Assembly (NCBI GenBank): GCA_964187785.1
Contig: OZ076409.1
Span: 49,354,001-49,418,000 of the forward strand
Origin: Amphiscolops sp. MND2022
Lineage: Eukaryota
Length of the DNA stretch: 64,000 bases
Direction: 5' to 3'
Positions 48,138 to 60,947 of the stretch are shown one piece after another. Below the pieces are notes generated by a model. The model was not told the origin of the DNA. It did not search any database and was given only the letters and a program-made list of their open reading frames with translations. Numbering within the stretch: the first letter of the stretch is position 1; each line of letters opens with the position of its first letter. The position numbers were made by a program, and so were the translations under genes.

Positions 48138-50360
48138 CTCTAAAACTTTATCCTTGAAATAAACTGTGACTAGAAATGCGAAAGCACAACTAAACTGCGC
48201 AAATGTCAACTGGAAATGAAAACAGAGAACAAAATGAACCAAAATGATTTCACGCATTTCCGGCAAGACGCGTTTGTCACGTCAAAATAGCAACATTCGC
48301 CACCTGGAAACTAAATTGAATTACATTCTAAAACAAAGAAAGCATGGTCTAATCTAAATGAAAACGTAGTCAAAATCATCTTCCAAAAGAACATTAATCA
48401 GATCTAAAATAGAAAATACACCGAGATGACACACCGATTTGGTTTAAGCCCTTTTCTTAGAAAGGCAGCTTATATACTCTTTGAACAGCAATTAAAATGA
48501 TTTAGGACGTCAATACTGCGCTGAGTAAACAAAGCGGCAAAAGAAATAAGAATACATGTATATTTGTCGTCAGTAGGACGCAGACAAGTTTGAAGGCATA
48601 CCAATTGACGTCACTGCCTAGCATACGCGTACCAGCAAATCATTCCAATTATCCGCCTATACTAATAACATTGCTAGGAATCATTCCAATTTACCGCCAC
48701 TGTGACGTCACTGCGCCGGCAGCTAGCGAGAGATTCATTTCTAAAATACTCGTCAGCATTGCGTCAAACTAGTCAAAATCTCTACTCTGCCAAGAAAACT
48801 CGTCAACATGACGTTGACAAGTTTATGAAATTGAATAAAGTGAATGAATTTGCTGAATTTAGTCAAGTTTTCATCGCGCAAATGCCGTTATTTCCTAAGG
48901 AGAGAAAATTGCAGACTGTTGCAAATTGTATAACGAAAGCATTGTTGATTTTCCATGGTTTAAGGTCCCAATTTAGAATGCGTTTTGGCACATATAGGAT
49001 AATTTCAACCCCACGTTAAGTAACAATCATGTATTCTTAACGATAAAGGAATTTCCGCGCATAAACCATCTTATTACAAGATCTCACAGTAGATTAATTA
49101 GGAAGTCACAGTTTATTCTCTCCAGCTAAAAGCATATTGTGTACCAGAAATGTATTTCTCATATATTTTGCACTTTTGTACTCTACAACATTGAACGGTG
49201 TACTTGTGATTGTGATCATGTTTTTCCATATTAGTACCTCCGTTGCTGTCCAGTTATTTACGTTGTGTTGGTACTGTTATTTAACAAACGTTGTTGTTAA
49301 TTTTGTAAATCTTGTCGTGTTTGACACGACATGACAAAGTTGCTAACAAAGTATTATTTTCATATCATGATTTCATTCCCATCTCTGGCAAAAGATTGAG
49401 TCCAAATTCATAAAATATCGTCCTAGCATCGTTCAAATATTCCTATTTTGGAATTAGTCATAGCATTTTTATCAAAGCGAAATTCAAAATCAGGTATTTG
49501 TTGTTCACGTCAGCGTCATCTCAGCGTCAATTTCCCGCGAACCAAAGCAGTAAAACAGGGAAGCATTTCCGGTTTGACAGACTGAAGTAATATCTACTTC
49601 CTGCTTGGGAGGAAGCAAAAGGACGCCGGGATGAAATGATATGATCATGTTTGATGACTAATACTAGTTTAAAATTGTCGTGTCTTAAAAATCGACGAAA
49701 TGTCAGCGCAAATTTGGGAACTTCGTGATTTTTTCATCGATAAAACAGGAAATGACTAATTGTTCGAAGGAAATTAGGGATTATGGTCGTGATCAAATGA
49801 TGCTGGGAGGGTATAAATATGATAGGATTTGATGATTAAGGGACTCAGTCTTTTGCAATTGTACAATTCAGTTGAATTTTCAATTTCACTCTCGCCTTGT
49901 TCTACTTTGTCAGAAAAATCTTTGAAAGAAATTCAATTCTTCAAGATCAAACTTTTCTACAAAATGTCAACAACAAGAAGCCAAAAAAGAAGGAACGATC
50001 AGCAAAGCACCAGTGAGAACGTAAGTGAAGGCTTGATTTCACCCATAGTAGTAGGAAAACCTTGTTCTTTGAATCAGGACGATGAAGTAGCGGGGCCTTC
50101 TAGACCAAAATCCCCCCGGATTGAGAATAGTCTCTTTGAAAGCTTGAGAACTTCCTTAAAGGAGGAAATAACGTCAGAGATTAAGAATCTTCTTATTGAA
50201 TCCCAGAAGGAGATGTTGAAACTCCTTAAACCTGAAACAAGAGGGATTATTAGAGAAAATACCGAGGAAGAGGTAGAGGAGGAAACTAGAAGTTTCTATA
50301 CTCCTACAAAATCAGTGAGAATAAGTTCTACTCAAAACGATCCGATAGCATGTCGTAACA
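48034..50360 (+). repeat. 3' LTR of element 3
   Basis: Direct repeat of 34295-36621; preceded by an atypical PPT, AGAGGAGCGGCCC (48021-48033). Confidence 0.95.
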
Positions 50361-50989
50361 GTCTTCGATATATTATCCCACAATTTTCGTTTTTTGAGAA
50401 GTTTCCGGTTCAAGAAAACCGTTTTCCGAGTTTCTAGGGTGATCTCTGAATTTTAATCACTTGGGGCTGATGAGAATTTAGCCATTAACAGTTCAAAAGT
50501 ACTGCAGTTGTTTTTTAGCACTGTGTAACTTTCGAAACAATTCACGGTAAAGCGATACGCGCTTCACTTTGAAAAAAGCTTTCATCTGATATTACCCGTT
50601 TTGCAAACTTGAAAGGTCTCCATTTGGGTTACTGGCTTTACAGGTTTTCGAAAGAAAAATTGAATGGTTTTTTTGAAATGTGTTCTTAGATAATTTGAGT
50701 TAGGTAAAAGCGGTTTTCGGGTCTCATGTATTTTAGGCACGGAAACTTCGTTGAAAGATTCGAAATATTTTTATTTTGCGTAGTTGAAACGCTTTATTCC
50801 GTTTGAGCTTCGAGCAGGTCGCCAAATTGTGCCATTGCCGGCTTCTCAAATTACCGACCAATAAGTCTCTTGAGTTCAATAGGGAAGATCTTCGTGAAAC
50901 GTTTGCACAAATATATGGTCAAATGTTGCACAAAAGAGAACATTATAACACATATTCAATATGGTTTCAGCAAGAAATGATCATGCATT

Positions 50990-51950
50990 GACGCTATAAA
51001 CTCTGTGGCAGAAATCATGACAAGAAATGGAGGGAAAGAACAAAGGACAAGGTAGCTTTTTTTTGAATTACAGAAAGCGTTTGATACACTTGACAAAAAA
51101 ATCCTAATGGTCCAATTGGAGAACTAGGCCTTCAGGGATCAATTTTAGAAATCATCGGAAATTTCTAGGTGACCGGTACCAATTTGTTTGTGAAAACGAA
51201 AAGTAATTCAATAAACCCTGTGTTAAAACTGGCGTTCCGCAGGGCGATATACTATGTCCCTTGCTTTCCCTCCTCTACATGAATGACCTACAAAAAGTTG
51301 TGAAGGACTGCCAAATAGTAATGTTTGCAGATGATACAACTATTGTGTTTTCTGGAAAAAGTACTGCCCGGAAAATTGATGAAGATCTCCATCGCATTAC
51401 TGATTGGTTCACAGCTACTACAATTACTGGTGATCTAGTGTTACCAGAGAATAAATTGCTAACAGTTTTTGAACTTTATCTGGAAGAGCTTGTCAAAGCG
51501 TTGTTCAAGCAGCTACGTATTGAGAAGCCACAAAAGTGTTTTCTTGAGAATATTGCACAAAAGAAGAAACCGACAACTCACTGGATCCAAAAAGGACTCT
51601 TTTGTTCAACCTATTGCAGAACATTAATTAAAAGGAAATCATTAGTAAAACACGTTGCTAAAAGCATTCAATTGGCTGAAGTGGATGGACTTACCCACGG
51701 GAAATATTGAGTCTTTCAGTAAGGTTCAATTGCGTGGATGTACACAAATCCCTCTGGTTTATATATTGTTGATAAAAAACACCTCTTCTCAACTTTTTTC
51801 TAAGCTGTCAGAGTAAAAACTATAATCAATGCGTCATAATTGGTTCTCGGGGCAAGGACTCGAGGAGCATGTATGTTCATTCCTTGTCTTTTTTGTTACT
51901 TGTATACATCATTATTTTGTATCTTTTTTATCGTTATATCTAAATAAGTT
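50990..51950 (+). pseudogene. Truncated, degraded non-LTR (LINE) reverse transcriptase remnant
   Basis: Motifs LQKAFDTL, GVPQGDILCPLL..LYMNDL and MFADDT, with stops and frameshifts. Confidence 0.8.
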
Positions 51951-52051
51951 AACACACTTACCTACTTTCTTCTTATGTTTTTGCATTGCCTTAACTGAGA
52001 AACAATTGACACCGAAAACAGTCGAGAAGACAACCTTCGAGCAAACACAGA

Positions 52052-53005
52052 ACAAGACGAGAACGTCTAAAGTCGGCGCCATATCTAAGGCTCAAAAAGC
52101 GCAAAACAATTTTTTGGGAAAAAACTTGAAATTTTTGAACAATTTTTTTTTCAAAAAAAGTCGCCTAGTGCCGAAAAATGTACAAGGGGGACCCTTCTGG
52201 TTTTATTAACATACATTCCGTTGCAAAATATCAAAAACCTCGAAGGGGGACCATTTGGGGACATTAAAGTTTTCGAAAAAAAGTCGCACAGTGCCGAAAA
52301 AAATCCAAAGGAGGGACCCTTTAGGCACGTCCGGATTTGTGGGTTTCCTCTAAAAAGTAAATAAAAAGTAAAAAACCAAAGGCGGGACCCTTTGGAATAA
52401 CTTAGATGCGTTTCCGGGGTACTCGTTTAGTTTCCTTTAGTTGAAGAGTACTGAACGTTAACGTTCGTCGCTTCGAGTCTGTCTTAAATAAAAAAAAACG
52501 AGCGACTGTAATATTTATACAAGACGGGAACGTCTCAAGTCGGCGCTATATCTAAGGCTCAAAAAGCGCAAAACATTTTTTTTGGAATAAAACTTGAAAT
52601 TTTCGAAAAAAAAATTTCTTTCGGAAAATGTCGCACAGTGCCGAAAATGTAAAAGGGGGACCCTTTTTGATTTATAAACACGCATTCTGTAGCAAAATAA
52701 CAAAAAACTCAAAGGGGGAGCCTTTGGGGACATTAAAAAAATTTCGAAAAAAAGTCTCACAGTGCCGAAAAAAAGTCGAAAGGGGGGACCCTTTAGTCCC
52801 GTCCGGGCTTGTAGGTAACGTTTAAAAAGTAAATGAATGCGCTCCCCGTTTGCCTTTACCGGTCCAGTATTTTAGTACTGTATTTAGTAGTTGAACGTTA
52901 ATTTTAACGTTCGTCGCTTCGAGTCTGTCTTAAATAAAAGAAAAGAAAAACAACGAGTGACTGTAATAGTCGGGCTCTTTTCTTAAGAAAAGCGCCGACT
53001 AAAAA
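52052..53005 (-). mobile_element. Two head-to-tail HINE/DINE-1-like copies (52052-52511 and 52519-53005)
   Basis: Both begin acaagacg.gaacgtct.aagtcggcgc. The second ends with the palindrome agtcgggctctttt-cttaag-aaaagcgccgact followed by an A run. Confidence 0.7.
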
Positions 53006-53179
53006 TAACCTCCTCACAAGACATGCTAAGTAGCCAGAAATTTCATGCTAATTACTTGCGGTAACCATCAAAGAAATTTGTTCCGACTTTACTTCACATT
53101 AGAATATATTGAATTATCCCCAGTACTTCCAGTGTTATTCAACATACATTGGGTTTTTCGTAGAAAGATTTGCAACTAG

Positions 53180-55666
53180 TGTTACGACTAATGTTCGGGT
53201 CGTTTTGAGTTGAACTTATTCTCACTGATTTTGTAGGAGTATAAAAACTTCTAGTTTCCTCTTCTACCTCTTCCTCGGTATTCTCCCTAATATTTCCTCT
53301 TGTTTCAGGTTTTAGGAGTTTCAACATCTTCTTCTGAGATTCGACAAGAAAATTCTTGATTTCTGACGTTATTTCCTCTTTCAAGGAAGCCCTCAAACTT
53401 TCTAAGAGGCTGTTTTCAATCCGGGGGGATTTTGGTTTAGAAGGCCCCGCTACCTCATCGTCCTGGTTTAGAGAACAAGGATTTCCTACTACTTCACTTA
53501 CGTTCTCACTGGTGCTTTGCTGATTGTTCCTTCTTTTCTGGCTTCTTGTTGTTGACATTTTGTTGTAGAAAAGTCTGACCTTGAAGAATTGAATTTTTTT
53601 CAGAGATATTTACTAATAAGGTTAAACAAGGCGAGAGTTTAGTGAAATTGAAAATTCAACTGAATTGTTCAATTGCAAAAGACTGAGTCCCTCAGCCAAC
53701 TAAAATCATCGTATATATACCCTCCTAGCATCATTTGATCACGAGTTAAAATCCTAATTTCCTTCGAACATTTAGTCATTTCCTGTATTTTCAGTGCAAA
53801 AATCATTTTGTTCCCAATTTTGCGTCGACATTCCGTCAAATTTTGAGACACGGCAAATCTAATCTAGCATTAGTCATCAACCATAATCATATCATTTCAG
53901 CTCGGCGTCCTTTTGTTCCCTCCCAAGCAGGAAGTAGATATTACTTCAGTCTGTCAAACCGGAAATATTTCCTTGTTTTGCTGCTTTGGTTCGTAAGAAA
54001 CTGACGCTGAGATGACGCCGGCATGAACAACTAATGCCTGATTCTGAGATTTCGCTCGAGGAAAAAATGCTATGACTAATGTTTTCAGCTCTGCACTTTC
54101 CAACGATGCTAAGAAGAAATGAGAACAAGATTAAAGAATTAGCAACAATCTCAACTTAGTTTCAAATTGAATGATTAATGATTAACGAAATAAAACAACG
54201 ACACATTGACGCTTGATGAATTGATGGACCAAATTGTCTAATTCAGACTTCTGTCCTAATTTATTAATATTTCAATCACAAATACTGTCTAATATTTTTT
54301 TAGCGTCAATTTAATGATTATACATAACACGCTGTCAACAGATTTTAACTTGCACATATGATAGTAATTTTGAACATAAACGTCTGACGACGCGGGGACG
54401 GCACTTTATGGATTTGCTGAACAGGCAAAAGTTCAAAACCTTCTATCACTTGATCCCAATCATTACAAAATGTACAATAGCGACACAAAACATTTGTTCT
54501 GAATTTATGCACATTGGGGTTAAAATAATGACCGTCCTGATTAGGAAACGACGACGACACAACAAAGTTTTACCACACGCTTTATGTAGTACAAAATACA
54601 AACATATGAAAATATATTTCCAATACGAAAATACCATCGATTTACTTTCGTCATGCCCATAAACTGTGACTTTCACTTACATGATACAGGAAATTCCATT
54701 TCAAATTAAGTTTTAGAGCAAAATTAAACCGGCAAGGGAAATGTTTGACGGAAACGTGGCGTTGGTCCTCAAATCCTTCACTAATCGTCTTGTTAAATTA
54801 TCATATACCTTAAGCGTATTCCTAGTACTGATTAATTTGAATGGTATTCATCATATCTTTTTGGATGGATTAAAACAGCCTGCTTTGGTGGAATTTGGAC
54901 GTAACGTGGACGTACGTATTAGTACTAGGCCTGGTCCAGTATAGTGGACGTAACGTGGACGCAAATTTGAAGTGAGAATTAGCTGTCTGACAGCACCGTG
55001 ACGTCACAATGGCGGAAAATTGGAATGATTTCAGAGTAGTGTCACTAATATAGGCAGTAAATTGGAATGGTTCTCTAGTGAGCGCGGACGGAACGGTGAC
55101 GTCACACTATATACTTTCAAGTCTGCTTCTTACCGACGTCTAATGTACATGTATTCTTATTTTGTTTACTTAGCGCAGTGCCAACGTCCTAATCCGCACT
55201 AATTGCTGTTCAAAGTGCAATTAAACTGCCTTTCTTAGAAAAGGTGTAATTATTTCAGTGTGTCATCTCAATGTACTTTCTATTCTAGATTCAAATAATG
55301 TCCTTTTTCCAATGGCGATTTTGGGTATGTTTTCGTTTAGATCGGTCTATGGCCCTTATTTCACGACGTGTTTTAATTTAGTTTTCAGGTGGCGAATGTT
55401 CTTATTTTGGCGCACTAAAGACGTCCCACCGGAAATGTGTGAAATCATTTTAGTTCATTTTAGTTTCTGTTCTCATTTTCGTTTAAACTTTACGTAAGTT
55501 AGGCGTGCGTTTTCGTATTTCTAGTCACAGTTTATTTAAGATTAGGGTTTAAAGTTTTCAAGTTAGTAATTGAAATACCATTTGGGGAATCGCAGGCTGC
55601 AACCATGGCCTCTTCCGATCCCCACTTGTCTGCAATGACAATCCAGTCCGGGATCGGGCTGTGACA
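53180..55666 (-). repeat. 3' LTR of element 4 (2,487 bp)
   Basis: Minus-strand tgtcacagcccg...gtcgtaaca; PPT AGAGGAGTGGCCC at 55667-55679; contains the Gag N-terminal ORF 53139..53558. Confidence 0.9.
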
Positions 55667-56273
55667 GGGCCACTCCTCTGGAGAAAACACCTGGTTGTCT
55701 TGGCAAAAACATAAGTGGAGGAGGCCTCATCTCAGTATCTTCCGGGTCGTCAAAACTGCGTCTCACTTCGAGATCGTTTAGTGGGCCCCTCATCTTCCTG
55801 GGGGTTCCTAGTGGCGTGACGAAGTATGATGAGGAATCTTCTTGGTGCACCTTTTCAAGGTATTCCGCGACATTGCTGCTTGAGATTGATGCTTCGTTAC
55901 TGATGGCTTCTTCTGCGACGAACACATCCGACGACATGCTTTCGTCCGGGCTTTCAGGACTGTCTGGAATTTCTTCACTTGTTTGTGCTACGTCGTTCCC
56001 TTCGTGCTGTGGGTAAGAGTTAGAATCGATGGAAGACAGACTCGAATTCAGCTTTACCCTCTTGTAGCTTGCTTCAAGCGAGTCTGCTGACACATCAAAA
56101 TATTCTTCCTCATCAGCTACAGCTTCTGCAGAGGAGAGGGAATTTTTTAGTATTACTCTATAATTGAGTATCGCCTCTCTAGGAAGAGGGGTTGAAGATC
56201 TTTCCACAAAGTCACTTTCGTCTTCACTTGACGAAATGTCAATTAACTCATAGACATTTTTGAGAGAGTTCAT
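55563..56273 (-). CDS. 236-aa acidic SIM-like accessory protein of element 4
   Basis: Collinear homolog of 47415..48137; intact; crosses the PPT into the LTR. Confidence 0.85.
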   Translation of the reverse strand: MNSLKNVYELIDISSSEDESDFVERSSTPLPREAILNYRVILKNSLSSAEAVADEEEYFDVSADSLEASYKRVKLNSSLSSIDSNSYPQHEGNDVAQTSEEIPDSPESPDESMSSDVFVAEEAISNEASISSSNVAEYLEKVHQEDSSSYFVTPLGTPRKMRGPLNDLEVRRSFDDPEDTEMRPPPLMFLPRQPGVFSRGVALSQPDPGLDCHCRQVGIGRGHGCSLRFPKWYFNY

Positions 56274-56748
56274 TTTGCGTCGTCGTTGTTGAGTCGTATG
56301 TTATAGGGCTGCTGAATTTCTCCTTCAATTGTTCCACAATGAATTTGAGATTAATTAGGATTAAGGAGAATTTTGGGATAAATCCCTCCATTTTGATTGG
56401 TTAATCAATCGTTTTAATCCTTTTTAAACTTCAGGTGTTGACGCTGTGCTAACGCCGTTTTTTATTGGCTGCAAATTGAATTAATCCGCTTAGCCAAGTT
56501 TGTCAACGTTATGCTGCCGTCAATTTCGTTAGCTTAGCTAACTTTTGTTTTGTCACCGTTATGATGACGCCATAATAGGTTATAGGATTAATTTCTCAAC
56601 CCTCATAACCTTTTTGTCGACGTTATGCCGACGTCATTTTCGTCGATATTTCAATCAACTTTTAGTGCCGACGTTATGCCGGCGTCAATTTCATTGGGGT
56701 TTAACCAACTTTTAGGTTTTGTCACCGTTATGATGACTTCATTTTTGG

Positions 56749-59700
56749 TTGTTGTCTTCATTTCAGGCTCCGTTTCAGATTTCTTGCTTTGAAAAGGCTT
56801 CGTCTGGACGTGTTGACTCTGGGATGCAGAGCGGCAATGACACTCAGTATTTGTTTTCGGAGGGAGACATCCATGAAAGTGACGCCGATGTTTTGACCGT
56901 CCCTTCTGTTGCTGGCAAGTTCACAATTCCCTGATCCATTAGGCTTTTGTGAATTATAATTTGCAAGTTGGCCTTTTTGCATTTTGTATTTTCACAGCTT
57001 AGATTTTCTTGTCGCGACGATAATGGGAATGTGTTTTAGTGACTGGCCCAAGACCTTCCATTGTGATTAGTGAACTTCCTGATCCTCCCCCTGTTGTTTC
57101 CGAGACCGTTGTGGTTTCTTCTGAACTTCTTGACCTTGGTGCCGCTGCGGCTACATCTGCAGTTGATGCTCCTTTTCTTCCTTCGTCTCAGGACGATTTG
57201 GATGCGCCTCTTTCAACACTCTTGAGCAAGTCAAAAGAGTGTACAGTTGGTCTTACTCACGGAGGTGAGGACGTCCGCCCCCCGCAGGAAAAACAGGTGC
57301 TAGCCGAAAATGTGGGTGATTTGGGAGTGGCTTAATTTCTGTCTCCTCTTTTCACTCGGTTCCTGCCCGCTTTTGCTGATACGTTCAGTAAGCTGGAGTC
57401 TTCACGGGTAGCTGTTCAGTGTAAGTGTTTTGTATTGTATTTTATAGCGTATCCATTTCACCTGGTTTTTCATTTTGTTGGTTGGTTTTTTGCATAGACT
57501 GTTGTTTCATACGTGATGGAAGTTATCCGGTTTGTTGGCATGAACTGGGAATTTTGCGTTTGTGTTTATAGATCCATCACCGAAGACTGCTGGTCCTAGT
57601 GGTAAGCGACGTCGTACCGTCACTCTGTCGACAGTTGCTCAATCTCAGACCTTCCATGAGGAGAGTAGTGGCGGATAAGAGACATCTGGCAGAATTGGAG
57701 CGTGCACTTCGCAGCAAGCAGCGTTGTTTGGCGAAGCGGTGGCGTCTGAGTTGGAAACCCGTACAGTGGAGCCCTTCGTTGCCAGTTAGATTGATTTCGT
57801 TGTTTCCTATGGTGTTTAATTGTCGTAGAGGATCCTTTGAGGGTGTTATAGTATTGGATTATTTAGGGGTGGGATTAGGTTGTGAGTCGGGTCTTTCATG
57901 TCGTTGATTAGCTGTTTTGTTGTTTGTTGCAGAGTTCGAGGAGTTGGTGACACGTGTGGAGGCGAGTCTTGAACAGGCTAGTCCTTCTCGACGACGATCT
58001 CAGCCTATTAGTCCGCGGAAACGACTCCGCTGCAGTATGGTCAAGGACCACCCCGTGTTCGAGCTATTCGTCAGTGGGTCGAGCTCTGGGATTGACAGCG
58101 CGTTCTTTTGCACACTCTGTCAACGGGACGTCTCTATTGCGGCCAAGGGTGTGCGAGAACTTACCCGACATTTTGCGAGTGACAAACACTGGCTTCTTGA
58201 CGTCACTTATCGTGTCCACCAAGGTTTGCAGGTGTACAATAAACTTCTAGATCCGATGGAGCTGAGCGAGTCCCAAACTCAAGAGTACCTTTCTCGTCCG
58301 TGTAAGGAGAAACCGGAGGGCTTCAGTTTTCCTGAAGATTTGTTGCCGTCCTGTACGCGCGTGGACTCGAGTGTGCTAGTGATGACAATGGTGAACTGCC
58401 TGATAGAGATGCTTCGGAGTGGTGGCGACTACCTCTTTTTGCGAAAACTGTGGGGCCATTTCCGAGCAACATTGGCTTCAGAAAACCCCCTCTACAATTT
58501 GACATGGAGTCGCGGAGAGTCTTTGGTAAGGCACTTTTGTGTTTTTTCATTCCTTCTTTTTTTTGCTGGTGGCATTTATTAATAGTTGTCTGGTTGCTAG
58601 TGGGGCATGTCATGTCGTATTCTCGGGTGTTGAGTATTGCCTTGTTTCAGTCGTTACTGTGCCAGGGTTTGTTCCCACGAGTTCTGTGTTTGCTGGTAGC
58701 CCGCATTGGTGAGTTCAGATGTTACAGCATTAGTTTCATGGATCGAGTTGATGGAAAGCACTGTTTGGTGCGGACCTGAGAGGCAAACAGGTCTCTGGAA
58801 GTGTGTGTTGACGTTCAACCTCTTGGCCAAAACGTCCCCCAAGCGGAGCTGAGGTCACTGTCTTGCGTCCTTAGTAGCGTTCCTGGTGGTCGGTTGCCTT
58901 TGTCGATAGAAGGGGCTAGTCCTTCTTTGCTGCGTGTGATTAGCGACAACCGGGATGATGGTCACCGCTTCATTCTTAGTCGTCATTTCTCCGAAGAAGT
59001 ATTCATTAACTGTTATCGGCAAGCTCATCAAGAGGTGTTGCGCATGATGGAAGTCACCTCTATGCTAGATTACCTGATGTTACGCTTGAGAGGGGCTCTG
59101 CAGGAGCCTTGGTTGGAAGATACTTTGGTGTTTCGTCGCTGCATCGTCGCTGGCCGGGTGTCTTTCTGTGATCTTCGGGAAATTGCTGCTGAACTGGTTC
59201 CAGTGTGGAAGTCCGTGAGGGAATTTGTCCGTTACACTGGGCCCGACAGATTAAACTGAGACCGATATGGTTGGTATCATAGATAATGCGTTTACTCCTT
59301 CCTTTCTAGCCTGTTTTATTTTCGTTTGGGTGGGGAGTGTTGTTTGAACGGGAAGTAAAGGAGCGGGAAAAAAGAAAAAGTCAGCTTTTATTGTCTGTGT
59401 ATTGTGTATTTTAGATGCGAGGTACGGACAGTCAAGTGTATTGTGACAATACGAACCAGTTGCGGCTGGGGCTCTTGATCCATGTGTTAGATCTCTGTAA
59501 GTGGTCGTCGTCTTGTCGTCGTAAGTGAGTCATTTTGGATTGGTATGATTTGCATTTGTTGTTTAGATCGCTGTACTTTCAAAAAGCAGTTATCCGGGCG
59601 AGTGGATTACGGTTTCCATTGTTATATGGAGATTTGCCAATTTGTTTACTGTCTCTTGTCGCGGACTCGTGAGTTGACCGATTTGCCTGAGCTAAACGAT

Positions 59701-60768
59701 TGGGCAGCATACATGGATTCAGAGAAGATCAAGGCATTTAGGAAGATCGACACTGCCAGCTTCTTGTTAAATTATGAGTTTGGAGAAGAGTTGCAACGTG
59801 GGTCAACTGGTGAACTTAAAGAATTCCGTAATCGATGTCGTGAATTTATGGACCGCTTGGTGGACGTCCTCCTGGAGAATAATCTTGTCTCTTCAGATTT
59901 TTACCGGGTGCATACTGTTTCTGCCCTGAGCTTCTTCTTGAAGGAGACGACCGATATATCTTCCAGATGTTCAGCAAGTTGGATCAAGTTCTGGAGAGGA
60001 GCGGAGCTTTGAGTTGCGAGGAGGCGAAATCTGGCACAGAGGAATTTATGTCCTTTGTGGTGGACGCGCGCTTGCGCCATGCTGGATCGGAGAGTAGTGC
60101 CAAGAATATCTCTGTTGTGGTAACATATCTGCTCTCGGATTACAGCTTTTTATCACAAAAGAATTTGTGCCGGATCTTCAAACTGTGTTATTTCGTTATT
60201 CGACGTCCCGCTTGCGATTTCCCTGCAGTGATCATTTCGTTAAATGACTGCGCCGTGCCGGAGTCTGTGGTGTCATCCTGCTTGCGTGGAGTGCAAAGTT
60301 ATGTTTGCGCTTCCAGCTTCAAGGTGCAGTCATTGTTCACGCAGCACACTATGGAATGCGTTGGGGATTCTTTTTCCGGAGCCCGCGATTTTATGGCATC
60401 CGGTTCCAATTTCGACCCGTGGGCTCGTATATGCACGAGTGATCGCTCTGCTTTTGTGCAGCGTCATTCGGAGTTATTCAGTGCTCATTTGGACCGGAAG
60501 AAGGAAGCCTCTTATCAACGTTTCCGCACTGCTAATCAGCGTGTTAGGAGTGGTGTGTCCGGTGTTGGTCAGGCTGGCGTGAGTCTCGAGTCGTCCAGAG
60601 GACGCTCTGCCCGCAGTAGTTCTGTCGCTTCAAAAGGTGGTAAATCGTCGACCAAGCAGCTATTACTTCAGGGTCCTGGGTCTTCTAGTGACACTGCTCC
60701 CACGGCAAAGGTTGGAAAAAAAATCCAAGAAGCAGTCTGGTAGTGCATCCGGGTCAAAGAAGAATTGA
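56749..60768 (+). pseudogene. Spliced antisense accessory gene of element 4 (disabled copy)
   Basis: Exons ~56749-56914, 57040-57420, 57572-57784, 57933-58525, 58651-59269, 59415-59496 and 59567-60768, with the same phases as element 3 (the first donor reads GCAAGT). Stops at 57333, 57676 and 58777; frameshifts near 59253, 59905 and 60722. Confidence 0.8.
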
Positions 60769-60947
60769 AAGCACAATTGAAAACGTAAACTTTATTATAG
60801 TATGTTTTATTGTTTCGTCTGTGATTTGTTGTCAGTTTGTTTCGTTGAAAACAGAGAGTTAGATGAAGTAGAAGGGTCATAGTATGCCTGTAATTAGAAA
60901 TTGTCAGATCGGTTCGGTCTGGACTCTGAGTATTGTCTTTCCTCTTT

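Larger units (their letters stand above)
34295..50360 (+). mobile_element. Giant complex Ty3/Gypsy LTR retrotransposon (element 3, 16,066 bp) with accessory genes
   Basis: 2,327-bp TG...CA LTRs; 5-bp TSD GTCTT (34290-34294 and 50361-50365); PBS; gag; pol (PR-RT-RH-IN); 5.4-kb extra region between pol and the 3' LTR. Confidence 0.97.
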
